Origin: Methanobacteriota archaeon
GTDB taxonomy: Archaea > Thermoplasmatota > Thermoplasmata > Methanomassiliicoccales > UBA472
Assembly (NCBI GenBank): GCA_029560215.1
Contig: JAKPZB010000068.1
Span: 1-44,770, forward strand
DNA: 44,770 bases
Reading direction: 5' to 3'
In this document: positions 8,710 to 18,070 of the stretch, piece by piece
Layout of the letters: every line of letters starts with the position of its first letter
How positions within the stretch are numbered: the first letter of the stretch is position 1
Notes under the pieces: generated by a model
Seen by the model: the letters and a program-made list of their open reading frames with translations, nothing else
Told to the model about the DNA's origin: nothing
Databases searched by the model: none
Made by a program: the position numbers and the translations under genes

Positions 8710-10129
8710 CCTTCGCCGCCAGCATCCCCTGCTCATACTGCTCGATACCGGGCGGGGGCTGATATCCAACCTCAGCTTCGCCCTCATCATAGCCATATCC
8801 CTGCCAGACGACATGTTCGGAGGGTTCATCGGCAATGCTATCGTAGCCTTGCTGGCCATGTTCGGTCTCTCCGCGTTGTTCAATGTCCTGCGCTGGTACT
8901 TCTTCCTCTATCGGTACGAGGAGGGGATGGTCCACATCCGTCAGGGCGTGCTCTTCAAACGGGAGAGGACCATCAAACGTGATCGCGTCCAGTCGATGAA
9001 CACCAACGCCAACGTGCTCCAGCAAGCGTTCGGGCTGGTCACCTTGCAGATCAAGACCGCCGGGGTCAGCGTGGACGCCGAGGTGAACCTGCGGGCCGTA
9101 TCAAAAAAAGAGGCGGAGAGCATCAAGGAGCATCTGTACGCCAAGGAAGCGCGTTCCGAGACCGAGCCGGTGGAGGTGCCCAAGGCATCCCGCTTCCTGC
9201 AGGGCCGGGACATCTGGCTGGCGGCGCTGACCTCCGGTCGGTTCATGGTCCTGTTCTCCGTCGTCGCGGTCGTCTACGCCCAGGTCTACGAGTACATTCC
9301 GCAGAGCTATCTGGACCAGGCGGTGGAGAGCCTCTCCACCATCCCGCTGATGGTCGGAATAGGCATCGCCCTGGGGCTGTTCCTGCTCACCTGGGCCCTG
9401 TCGGCCATAGTCTTCGTCATCCAGTTCGCTAATTTTTCTGTGCGTCGCTTCGAGGACCGCCTGGAGATAAGCTGGGGCGTGTTGAAGAAGAACCACGTCA
9501 CGGTGAAGCTGCACCGTCTGCAGGCCGTAATGGTCTATCAGGGGGTCCTGCGTCAGCCGTTCGGCCTCTGTACCATGATGGTGGAGGTGGCTGGTGGCGG
9601 GTCCAAGGAGCAGGAGAGGGTGTCCCTGCTGCATCCGCTCATCCGCAGGAAGGAGGTCGAGGGCTTCCTGAGGGATATCCTGCCGGAGTACCATCTGCCC
9701 TCATGTTCGGTGGTCCTGCCGAAGCGGGCGCTGCGCCGTTACCTGTTCCGCTCCACGGTGCCGGTGGCGTTGCTCACTGGTGCTATCATGATTGCTTTCT
9801 ACTTCTGGGGCGTTCCTTATTCCTGGGTCCCGCTCCTTTTGCTGGCGCCAGCTTTGCTTCTCGGTCTCTCCAGGCACCGCAACGGCTCCATATCCGTGGA
9901 AGGGGACCAGCTCTCCCTCCGCTTCCGCAACGTCAGTTTAGTCCAGGTACTGATCAAGCGATCGCACATCCAGTCCTTGTCGCTCATAGCGAACCCTTTC
10001 CAACGGCTTGCTGGGCTGCGCACCGCGCAGGCCTCCTTCCTCTCCTCCCCGGCCGGGAAGAGCTACTCGCTCAAGGACCTGGAGGCAGAGGACGCCCAGG
10101 CGGTTCGGGACTGGTATTCCCGGAACTAG
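8702..10129 (+). CDS. YdbT-like membrane protein with three bPH_2 domains
   Basis: RRQHPL N-terminus; repeated GV..K....I...R.Q and (L/F)QxxxGL motifs; coupled to the ydbS-like gene; ATG at 8702. Confidence 0.88.
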   Translation: MSDLRRQHPLLILLDTGRGLISNLSFALIIAISLPDDMFGGFIGNAIVALLAMFGLSALFNVLRWYFFLYRYEEGMVHIRQGVLFKRERTIKRDRVQSMNTNANVLQQAFGLVTLQIKTAGVSVDAEVNLRAVSKKEAESIKEHLYAKEARSETEPVEVPKASRFLQGRDIWLAALTSGRFMVLFSVVAVVYAQVYEYIPQSYLDQAVESLSTIPLMVGIGIALGLFLLTWALSAIVFVIQFANFSVRRFEDRLEISWGVLKKNHVTVKLHRLQAVMVYQGVLRQPFGLCTMMVEVAGGGSKEQERVSLLHPLIRRKEVEGFLRDILPEYHLPSCSVVLPKRALRRYLFRSTVPVALLTGAIMIAFYFWGVPYSWVPLLLLAPALLLGLSRHRNGSISVEGDQLSLRFRNVSLVQVLIKRSHIQSLSLIANPFQRLAGLRTAQASFLSSPAGKSYSLKDLEAEDAQAVRDWYSRN

Positions 10130-10216
10130 GCTCCCGGCGAATTGGTTCGAGGTTCAGGATACGGGGACCAAAATCATTATCCACCTAAAGCAACGATAGT
10201 CTGGTCAGGTGTCACA

Positions 10217-10828
10217 ATGGAGCAAGCCAAGAGATACGAGCTGCCGAAGCTCGCCTACGGATACAAGGACCTCGCCCCCTTCCTGAGCGAGGAGCAGTTG
10301 ACCGTCCACCACACCAAGCACCACGCGGCGTACGTGAACGCCGCGAACGCCATACTGGACAAGCTGGACAAGGCCCGGGCGGAGAACGCCGACCTGGACC
10401 TGAAGGCCTTGGACAAGGACCTCTCCTTCCAGATCGGCGGGCACTACCTGCACTCGGTGTACTGGGAGACGCTTTGCCCCCTCGGAAAGGGAGGGGAGCC
10501 CTCCGGCAAGCTGAAGGCCGAGCTGGAGAAGGAGTTCGGTTCCATCGACCGCTTCAAGAAGGAGTTCACCGCCGCGGCCGCTTCCGCCGAGGGGTCCGGC
10601 TGGGCCGTCCTGGTGTACTGCATGGCGCTTCACAAGCCGATCATCTTACAGGTGGAGAAGCACAACGTGAACGTGATCCCCGGCTTCCGGGTGCTGATGT
10701 CCCTGGACGTCTGGGAGCACGCGTACTACATAGACTACAAGAACCTGCGGCCAAAGTACATCGAGGCCTTCTGGAACCAGGTCAACTGGGACGCCGTGGG
10801 CAAGAAGCTGGACGCCATCCTGAAGTGA
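10217..10828 (+). CDS. sod: Fe/Mn superoxide dismutase
   Basis: [33 protein letters not shown]; start ATG 10217. Confidence 0.96.
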   Translation: MEQAKRYELPKLAYGYKDLAPFLSEEQLTVHHTKHHAAYVNAANAILDKLDKARAENADLDLKALDKDLSFQIGGHYLHSVYWETLCPLGKGGEPSGKLKAELEKEFGSIDRFKKEFTAAAASAEGSGWAVLVYCMALHKPIILQVEKHNVNVIPGFRVLMSLDVWEHAYYIDYKNLRPKYIEAFWNQVNWDAVGKKLDAILK

Positions 10829-10922
10829 AACGTCAAAGGCTGATACGCCCAGCCTTCAATCCTTTCCCATTTCCTGCTGGGCCAAGTAAATATTTATACG
10901 GATTTCGGCATGAGTTGGCGAA

Positions 10923-11831
10923 ATGAACGCCGCGGAGCGTATCCAGGAGCTCAAGGCGCAGCGCAAGGCGGTCATCCTGGCCCATAACTACCAGTCACCG
11001 GAGGTGCAGGACGTGGCCGATTACGTGGGCGATTCCCTCGGCCTTTCCCAGAAGGCGGCCAGCACCGACGCCGAGGTCATCATATTCTGCGGGGTGGACT
11101 TCATGGCCGAGAGCGCCAAGATACTTTCCCCGGACAAGAAGGTCGTCCTGCCGGAATCGGACGCCATGTGCCCCATGTCGGCCATGTGCACCGACCTGGA
11201 GCTCGCCCCGGTCAAAGAGAAATATCCCGAGGCGGCCATCGTCGCTTACGTCAACACCTCCGCGGCCGTGAAAGCGCTGGCGGACGTGTGCTGCACCTCC
11301 GCCAACGCCGTCAGGGTCGTGGGCAAGATGCCGCAGAAGCGCATAATATTCGTACCGGACCGGAACCTTGGAGCGTACGTGCAGAGGTTCCACCCGGATA
11401 AGGAGATACTGCTCTGGCCCGGTTTCTGCCCCACCCATCACGACATCGACGTTCAGCAGCTGAACGAGATCAAGAGGAAGCACCCCAAGGCCAAGCTGAT
11501 GGTGCATCCGGAATGCACGCCCGAGGTCATCGACCTCGCCGATCACGTCTCCTCCACCGAAGGGATGATAAAGTACGCCAAGACCTCCGACGCGCAGGAG
11601 TTCATCGTCGGCACCGAGGTGGACATGACCTACCGCCTGGGGAAGGAGGCGCCCGGCAAGACCTTCATTCCCGTTCCGACCGCCGTCTGCCCGAACATGA
11701 AGCGCACCACGATATCGTCGCTCATCAAGGCCCTGGAGACGCTCTCCCCGGAGATCACCCTCTCCCCGGAGATAATCGAGGCGGCCAGGAGACCCCTGGA
11801 GAGGATGATGGAGATAGGGCGCGGGGATTAG
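10923..11831 (+). CDS. nadA: Quinolinate synthase
   Basis: ILAHNYQ, GDSL, FCGVDFMAESAKIL, YVNTSA, PDRNLG, HPEC, CPNMK. Confidence 0.97.
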   Translation: MNAAERIQELKAQRKAVILAHNYQSPEVQDVADYVGDSLGLSQKAASTDAEVIIFCGVDFMAESAKILSPDKKVVLPESDAMCPMSAMCTDLELAPVKEKYPEAAIVAYVNTSAAVKALADVCCTSANAVRVVGKMPQKRIIFVPDRNLGAYVQRFHPDKEILLWPGFCPTHHDIDVQQLNEIKRKHPKAKLMVHPECTPEVIDLADHVSSTEGMIKYAKTSDAQEFIVGTEVDMTYRLGKEAPGKTFIPVPTAVCPNMKRTTISSLIKALETLSPEITLSPEIIEAARRPLERMMEIGRGD

Positions 11832-11838
11832 TCCTTTT

Positions 11839-12459
11839 TTATAACAGGGTCTGCAGGGCGTCGAACACGAACAGAAGCGCGAACACTATCATCAGGACCC
11901 CGGAGCCGGCGATCACCCGCTGATGCCAGGTGCTGCTCCATTTCCCCTTGGTACCGAATATGGTCATTCCGACGAAGCCTTCCCAAAGGAAGTCGCAGGT
12001 GATGTGCACCAGGGCGAAGAAGGGCAGCATCCACCATCCGAAGGTGACGGCGGTCGCCGTGAGCGCGGCGCCGACCGTCGCCCACCAGAGAAGCCAACCG
12101 GGGTTGAAGGCGGTGGTCGTCACACCAGCCCAGAAGGGGCTCTGCTGCCTGGTGTCGCAGCTGGTGACGACCTCCTTGTGCGTCCGTATGATGTCGTAAC
12201 CCATGTACATCAGTATCACCCCTCCCAGCAGTCCGATGGCGCCCAGCACCATGTCGTTCCTCAGGAAGACGCTCAGCCCCAGGAATATGGCGGCTATGGT
12301 CGGGACCTCGACCAGGGCGTGGCCCAGGGCTATCTTCCAGCCGGACCAGCGGTCATGGAAGCCGCAGGCGATGGTCACGGCGAAGACGGGGCCGGGCATC
12401 AGCACCCCGGAAAGGGATATCACGGCCACGGAGCCCAGGAAGAGAAGCGCGGAGTCCAT
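11839..12459 (-). CDS. LysE-family translocator
   Basis: SLSGVLMPGP, GHALVE, NPGWLLWW; about six TM helices. Confidence 0.88.
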   Translation of the reverse strand: MDSALLFLGSVAVISLSGVLMPGPVFAVTIACGFHDRWSGWKIALGHALVEVPTIAAIFLGLSVFLRNDMVLGAIGLLGGVILMYMGYDIIRTHKEVVTSCDTRQQSPFWAGVTTTAFNPGWLLWWATVGAALTATAVTFGWWMLPFFALVHITCDFLWEGFVGMTIFGTKGKWSSTWHQRVIAGSGVLMIVFALLFVFDALQTLL

Positions 12460-12468
12460 GTGCTCAGC

Positions 12469-13104
12469 TCACAGGTACCAGTCGACGGTCAGGTTGATGT
12501 AATCGTCGGGGGCCATGTCCCGCAGCGTGCCGCTCTCCACCTCGATGATGGATACGCTGTGGATGCGGGAGTTCATGATCTCGTCCATGCTCACCGGGGG
12601 GCTCTTGTAGTAGAGGTCGCAATAATGCTTGACCAGCCAGGCCTCCTTCTCGTCCCGGTCCCGCGGCGGGCGGGTGAAGAAGGGCATCACCGGCATCACG
12701 TAGTGCGGCGGAGCGGCCAGGGAGAACTTGTGGCAGTGATTGCTGTACCGGGCGATCTTGGAAGCGATCCTCGCCCGGATGTAATCCATGGGGTCCAGGG
12801 CGTGGGCCGGCGGGACGTAGCCGGTCTCCACCTCCACGATCATGACCCCGTCGCCCTTTCTAGCGTAGACGTCGCAGCTCAGCCCGGCGTCGATCATGTG
12901 CTCCAGATCGACCTCGTAGCCGTCCTGCACCAGGTACTTGGCCACGATCATCTCCAGGACCGAGTGGTTGATCTTGAGCAGGTTCTTCTCCTTGAGGTCG
13001 ACGAGCCGCTGCTCCAGTTTGCGGAGGGCCTCCTCGCACGGCGGATCGCAGCCGGCGACCAGCTTGTTCATCAGCGATTCCAGGTCCTGAGCGAACTTGT
13101 CCAA
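12469..13104 (-). CDS. Hypothetical protein with a PD-(D/E)xK-like motif
   Basis: GC3-rich 211-aa ORF in an apparent operon; HSVLE ... CDVYARK ... IVEVETG. Confidence 0.7.
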   Translation of the reverse strand: MDKFAQDLESLMNKLVAGCDPPCEEALRKLEQRLVDLKEKNLLKINHSVLEMIVAKYLVQDGYEVDLEHMIDAGLSCDVYARKGDGVMIVEVETGYVPPAHALDPMDYIRARIASKIARYSNHCHKFSLAAPPHYVMPVMPFFTRPPRDRDEKEAWLVKHYCDLYYKSPPVSMDEIMNSRIHSVSIIEVESGTLRDMAPDDYINLTVDWYL

Positions 13105-13141
13105 AAGGATGCCTCTGTTCCGGTAAACACGAACCTAATCC

Positions 13142-13381
13142 TTACTTTTTATGCTCCTTGCAGACCACCAGGGTGAGGGTGGAGCGAACCCCCGGCAGGT
13201 CCCGGATGGCGATGATGGCCGCGCTCATCTCGTCCTCCGAAGGGGCCTGCACCTTGACCAGTATGTCGTACACCCCGTACACCATGTAGCATTCCTTGAC
13301 GGAAGGCATCTGGCAGAAGGCCTCCATCACCCGCCCCTCGGCGCCGATGTCGGTGGTGATCGCCACGATGGCGCTGTTCAT
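13142..13381 (-). CDS. Stand-alone Lrp/AsnC ligand-binding (RAM) domain protein
   Basis: VKECYMVYGVYDILVKV..IRDLPGVRSTLT; no HTH. Confidence 0.88.
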   Translation of the reverse strand: MNSAIVAITTDIGAEGRVMEAFCQMPSVKECYMVYGVYDILVKVQAPSEDEMSAAIIAIRDLPGVRSTLTLVVCKEHKK

Positions 13382-13457
13382 GATTACGCTATTGGGCTAG
13401 CCTGAAAATAAGGTTACCGCCGTCTGATGAAGAAGGTCGACGGCAATGACACAGCTC

Positions 13458-13616
13458 TCACTCCTCCGCGGAGGGGGAGAACACGTCGGTCACGGTCCCG
13501 GTCTCGCAGGATACGCTGAAGCCGTATCCCTCGGAGGTTATCTCGTGAGCTACGCGAAGGGAGTAGGGCACTCCCACGTAGTTGTTCTTCGCCTCTTCCA
13601 AAGCCATCTGATCCAT
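13458..13616 (-). CDS. Small hypothetical protein, 52 aa (absent from ORF track)
   Basis: MDQMALEEAKNNYVGVPYSLRVAHEITSEGYGFSVSCETGTVTDVFSPSAEE*; AGAGGT SD 5 nt upstream; GC3-rich codons. Confidence 0.6.
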   Translation of the reverse strand: MDQMALEEAKNNYVGVPYSLRVAHEITSEGYGFSVSCETGTVTDVFSPSAEE

Positions 13617-13646
13617 CTAATACCTCTTTTTCGGGAATTGGTGATT

Positions 13647-13682
13647 ATTGCGGAACAGCACATAACCGTGATGTTCGGCAAT
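13647..13682. promoter_or_regulatory. 15-6-15 imperfect inverted repeat (operator or hairpin candidate)
   Basis: ATTGCGGAACAGCAC-ataacc-GTGATGTTCGGCAAT; 13 of 15 positions complementary. Confidence 0.5.
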
Positions 13683-13864
13683 CTGCAAGGTTAACAGGAC
13701 TATGTCTAATTTTGGACAATAATCAAGGGAGCAAACGTTTAATTCGTGTCAGGGAGTAACCGCACACGTCATTGGACCACTTATCGGATCGATGAAGAGA
13801 AGAGGGTCAGCTGATCTTCGCGGAAATGATGAACCCTATGAGTGCAGAGATCCCGGTCCAGGAC

Positions 13865-14380
13865 TCACTCCAGGCGGCGGACCGAGATGTGCAGGCCGGG
13901 GGAGCGGTCGCAATCACCGTAGCATTTGCCGGCGGTGATGCGCACCACCTGCGAATCGTCGGGGATGAGGATGTTGGTAATGCCGTCGAGAACCGCCCGC
14001 ACCAGCTTGTCCAGGTCCGGGCGCTTGGTGTTCTGCTTCCAGCGCTTGGGCGTGCTCTTCGGCCGGGTGAAGACGAACTCCATGGTCACCTCGTAACCGA
14101 GGCGGCGGTCCTCCGAGAAGTAGCTCTGCGGACGTAGTTCGTTCTCATGCTGCGCTTCGGTCGCAATGCGGTTGCGCCAGGCTTCCGTGTTGGCGTTGGT
14201 GTGTGTCGTCACCACCCGCTCCAGCTTCTTGATGTAGAACGCTTTAGTCGAGCCCTGCGGCACCGGTTCGCCGGCGACGAAGAACTCGATGACGTCCGGA
14301 TCGAACTCCTCGTAGGTCATGAAGTCCACCGGTCCCGCCTCGTGCTCCTCAGCGTCCGCTGCTTGATCATTCACGTGCAT
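13865..14380 (-). CDS. rusA: RusA-family crossover junction endodeoxyribonuclease
   Basis: FFVAGEPVPQGS, KRPDLDKLVRAVLDGI, DDSQVV...K.Y motifs; true start may be an internal Met. Confidence 0.85.
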   Translation of the reverse strand: MHVNDQAADAEEHEAGPVDFMTYEEFDPDVIEFFVAGEPVPQGSTKAFYIKKLERVVTTHTNANTEAWRNRIATEAQHENELRPQSYFSEDRRLGYEVTMEFVFTRPKSTPKRWKQNTKRPDLDKLVRAVLDGITNILIPDDSQVVRITAGKCYGDCDRSPGLHISVRRLE

Positions 14381-14435
14381 CCCAGAGGGGATATGAATAC
14401 TCCAGGTAATATAATTTTACCTGTTGAACGCAGGC

Positions 14436-15740
14436 TCAAGGCACCAGCCGGTTGCGGTCCCTGGGGAACAGAATCGTTTCCCGGATGTTGCTCAGGCCGA
14501 GCATCTTCTGCACCATCCTCTCGACGCCCAATCCCCATCCCCCGTGCGCCGGCATGCCGTAGGCGAAGGCGTTCAGGTAGAACTCGAACGATTTCGGGTC
14601 CAGCTGCATCTTCTCCATCCTCTGCACCAGGCGGTCGTAGCGGTGCTCCCGCTGCCCGCCGGAGGATATCTCCTGGCCTTTGTAGTCCAGGTCGAAGGAG
14701 TAGGAGTAGGGCGTACCCTCCTTCTCCATGATGTAGAACGGCTTGGCGGCCTCTGGGTATTCGGCTATCCAGTACATCTCGTATCCGTCCTGGACCATCA
14801 GTTCGCCCAGAAGCTTCTCCCCCTCCGTGCCCAGGTCCTCTCCCAGCTCGATCTTGAAGCCGGCTCCCTGCACCATGCCGACCGCCTTCTCGTAGGAGAC
14901 CACCGGATAGGGCGCTTTAGGAACGGCGACGTCGCAGCCCAGGGCCCGCAAGGCCCAGTCGCCGCGCTCCTTGACCTCGGCGATGACGAACTGGGTGCAT
15001 CCTTCGATCATGGCCATGACGTCCCGCTGCGAGTCGATGTGGGCCATCTCCCCGTCGAAGGAGATGAACTCGGAGACGTGGCGGGCGGTGTCGGACGGTT
15101 CGGCGCGGAACGCCGGACCGATCTCGAACACCCGGTCCAGGCCGGTGGACATGAGCATCTGCTTGTAGAGCTGAGGCGATTGAGCGAGATAGGCCTGCTT
15201 TCCGAAGTAGTCCACCTTGAACAGGGTGGAGCCGCCCTCGGCGCCGGACGCCACCAGCTTCGGCGTGAACACCTCGACGAAGCCGTTGTCGGCCAGGTAC
15301 TCGTCGATGAGCCGCATGGTCAGCGACTTGATCTCGAAGACCGCGCGAACCTCCGGCTTCCGGAGGTCCATGTAGCGGTGGTTGAACCTGGTCTCCGTTT
15401 CCACGTCCACCTTGTCCACCACGCCCATGGGCAGCGGGGTCTGGGCCGCTCCGGTGACGATCAGCGAGGAGGGTATGATCTCGTACCCCGCCTTCACCTG
15501 GGCGCTCGGCTTCACGGTGCCGGTGACGCGAACCACGGATTCCCTGGCCAACGACGTGATGGCCTGCATGACCTCCGGGGCGATCTTCTTCTTGGGAGCG
15601 GTCACCTGGACCACGCCATAGCGGTCCCGCAGGATCAGGAAGGAGATGCCGCCGAGGTTGCGCACCTCCTGCGCCCAGCCCTCCACGGTCACTTCCTTCT
15701 CGTACTCGTTGGCGGTAATGGAACGGGAATCGTAAAGCAT
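14436..15740 (-). CDS. aspS: Aspartate--tRNA ligase, archaeal type
   Basis: OB fold RNLGGISFLILRD, LAQSPQLYKQ, FRAE..T.RH, EISSGGQR, HGGWGLGVER, FPRD; ATG 15740 after GGAGTGA. Confidence 0.96.
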   Translation of the reverse strand: MLYDSRSITANEYEKEVTVEGWAQEVRNLGGISFLILRDRYGVVQVTAPKKKIAPEVMQAITSLARESVVRVTGTVKPSAQVKAGYEIIPSSLIVTGAAQTPLPMGVVDKVDVETETRFNHRYMDLRKPEVRAVFEIKSLTMRLIDEYLADNGFVEVFTPKLVASGAEGGSTLFKVDYFGKQAYLAQSPQLYKQMLMSTGLDRVFEIGPAFRAEPSDTARHVSEFISFDGEMAHIDSQRDVMAMIEGCTQFVIAEVKERGDWALRALGCDVAVPKAPYPVVSYEKAVGMVQGAGFKIELGEDLGTEGEKLLGELMVQDGYEMYWIAEYPEAAKPFYIMEKEGTPYSYSFDLDYKGQEISSGGQREHRYDRLVQRMEKMQLDPKSFEFYLNAFAYGMPAHGGWGLGVERMVQKMLGLSNIRETILFPRDRNRLVP

Positions 15741-15872
15741 GCTCACTCCTCTGAATGGAACGGCTCGATATCTCCCATTCTGCTTATAAGCATTGGCGGT
15801 CCAGGCATCCGTTCGTTCCTATCGGGCGGTAAAGCGAAAAATTAAAGTCGTCCGGGCGGGGTGATGACATGC

Positions 15873-16097
15873 ATGCCCGTTAAAGTCACCATCGACCAGA
15901 ACGAGTGCACCGGATGCGGCATCTGCTACAATGACGAATGCCCGGATTTCTTCATGGAGGGGGACGACGGCAACTCCAACGTGAAACCGCTGTACCAGAA
16001 GGGGGACAAGTCCCTGGGCGAGGCTCCGGACAGCCTAGCCAACTGCGTCAAGAACGCCGAAGCTTCCTGCCCCGCCTCCGCCATAAGCGTGAAATAG
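15873..16097 (+). CDS. Ferredoxin (single-cluster type)
   Basis: CTGCGICYNDECP and C-terminal CPASAI; GGGGTGA SD. Confidence 0.88.
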   Translation: MPVKVTIDQNECTGCGICYNDECPDFFMEGDDGNSNVKPLYQKGDKSLGEAPDSLANCVKNAEASCPASAISVK

Positions 16098-16206
16098 AAC
16101 TGGCTTTCCCCCTTTCGAAGGCCGAAGGTCGTCGTTCAGCGATATTGGTTCATCAAACATTATATATCCCACCAGTAATTCTGAGAATCGAAGGTATGGG
16201 ATTCTA

Positions 16207-17349
16207 ATGTCTCAGAAGGTCACAGTCTCTGTTATCAAAGCTGATGTTGGATCGGTCGCCGGGCACTCCAAGCCGCACCCCAAGATGATGCGCAAGTGCG
16301 AAGAGGTGCTGGTCGAGGGGGTCAAGTCCGGGGTCATCAACGACTTCTACGTCACCAGGGTGGGCGACGACATCAACCTGTTCATGACCCACTACAAGGG
16401 CGAGAACCACAAGGACGTGCACTCCTTGGCCTGGACCGCCTTCCAGAGCGCCGCCAAGCTGGCCAAGGAGATGAAGATGTACGCCGCCGGGCAGGACATT
16501 CTCTCCGACGCATTCAGCGGCAACATCCGCGGCATGGGCCCCGGGGCGGCCGAGGTGGAGTTCACCGAGAGGGGCGCCGAGCCCATGGTGTTCTTCATGG
16601 CCGACAAGACCGAGCCTTCCTCCTACTCCATGCCCCTTTCCCGCATCTTCATGGACCCCTTCACCACCACTGGTCTGGTCATCGACCCGAGGGCCCACGA
16701 GGGATTCCGCTTCGAGATCGTGGACGTCATGGACTCCAAGAAGATCGTGATGTCCGCTCCCGAGGAGACCTATGATATTCTGAGCTTGATCGGCGACACC
16801 ACTCGCTACGCCATCAAGAGGGTCATGAGCAAGGACAAGAACATCGGTACCGCCTGCGTGGTCAGCACCAAGAAGCTGAACATCTGCGCCGGCAAGTACG
16901 TCGGAAAGGACGACCCCGTGGCCGTGGTGCGCTGCCAGAGCGGCCTGCCCGCGGTGGGCGAGGTATTGCAGCCCTTCATGTTCCCCGCCCTGGTCGCTGG
17001 ATGGATGCGCGGTTCGCACTACGGCGCCTGGTATCCCTGCTCGGTGGAGGATTCCGATCCCACCTACTTCGACGGCCCGCCGCGGATCTGCGCCCTGGGC
17101 TTCCAGATCAGCAACGGCCGCTTCCAAGGCCTCGAGGACCCCGACGCCCCGCTGGGCAAGAAGACACCGGTGGACTACTTCGCCGGAAGCGTTTGGGACG
17201 AGGCCAGGAGGAAGGCCGTCCGGGCCAGCATCTACATGCGCCAGCACGGGCCGTTCATGCCCTCTATCCTCGGTCCGGAGGAGATGGAGTATACCACCCG
17301 CCCGGCCGTCCTCGGCAAGCTGAAGGACAGGATGGAGAAGATTGACTGA
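16207..17349 (+). CDS. fbp: Fructose-1,6-bisphosphate aldolase/phosphatase (class V)
   Basis: IKADVGSVAGH, GDD, GQD.L.DAFSGNIRGMGPG, DKTEP, GKYVGKDDPV, GWMRGSH, EMEYTT. Confidence 0.97.
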   Translation: MSQKVTVSVIKADVGSVAGHSKPHPKMMRKCEEVLVEGVKSGVINDFYVTRVGDDINLFMTHYKGENHKDVHSLAWTAFQSAAKLAKEMKMYAAGQDILSDAFSGNIRGMGPGAAEVEFTERGAEPMVFFMADKTEPSSYSMPLSRIFMDPFTTTGLVIDPRAHEGFRFEIVDVMDSKKIVMSAPEETYDILSLIGDTTRYAIKRVMSKDKNIGTACVVSTKKLNICAGKYVGKDDPVAVVRCQSGLPAVGEVLQPFMFPALVAGWMRGSHYGAWYPCSVEDSDPTYFDGPPRICALGFQISNGRFQGLEDPDAPLGKKTPVDYFAGSVWDEARRKAVRASIYMRQHGPFMPSILGPEEMEYTTRPAVLGKLKDRMEKID

Positions 17350-18019
17350 GCTCCGCACCCCGGTCATAATCGTCAACTTCAAGGTCTACTCCGAGGTGGA
17401 GGGGCCTGGAGCAGTTCGACTGGCCAAGGACTGCGAGTCCGTGGCTCTGGTCAAGAAGGCCAGCATCGTCGTCTGTCCCCCGATGGTGGAGCTTTCCAAG
17501 GTGGCCTCCGCGGTCACCATCCCGGTTTTCTCCCAGCATACCGACAACAAGAATCCAGGTTCCATAACCGGCTACGTCTCTCCGCAGAGCGTCAAGGCCG
17601 CGGGAGCGAGAGGAACTCTCATAAACCATGCCGAGCACCGCATGGCTTCGCCGGACATCGCCGCCGCGGTCGAGTCCTGCCGGAAGCTGGGGCTGATCAG
17701 CGTGATCTGCACGGACACCGCCGAGACGTCCGCGGCCATGGCCGCCTTCTCTCCCGATTTCATCGCCGTGGAGCCACCGGAGCTCATCGGCGGGGACATC
17801 TCGGTCACCACCGCCGATCCAGCGATCGTGTCGCGCACCGTGGAGATGGTGCGGGCGGTCGACCCCGAGGTCAAGGTGCTGTGCGGGGCCGGCGTCAAGA
17901 ACGGCAGGGACGTCCGAGCGGCGTTGGACCTGGGCGCCTCGGGAGTTCTTCTGGCCTCTGGCGTGGTCAAGGCCAGGGACGTCAAGGCCGCGCTGCAGGA
18001 CCTGGTCTCCGCCCTCTGA
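17342..18019 (+). CDS. tpiA: Triosephosphate isomerase, archaeal type
   Basis: VNFKVY, LINHAE, AVEPPELIG, LCGAGV, GVLLASG; TTG start overlapping fbp. Confidence 0.96.
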   Translation: MTELRTPVIIVNFKVYSEVEGPGAVRLAKDCESVALVKKASIVVCPPMVELSKVASAVTIPVFSQHTDNKNPGSITGYVSPQSVKAAGARGTLINHAEHRMASPDIAAAVESCRKLGLISVICTDTAETSAAMAAFSPDFIAVEPPELIGGDISVTTADPAIVSRTVEMVRAVDPEVKVLCGAGVKNGRDVRAALDLGASGVLLASGVVKARDVKAALQDLVSAL

Positions 18020-18070
18020 AGACTTATTGCATCGCAAAGTCGCTTCTCCCTTGGCGACCGCTCGTTCATC

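Noticed and set aside
13446..13694. 82-aa + strand ORF in the track
   Set aside because: Antisense to the 52-aa ORF, which has the better SD and codon bias
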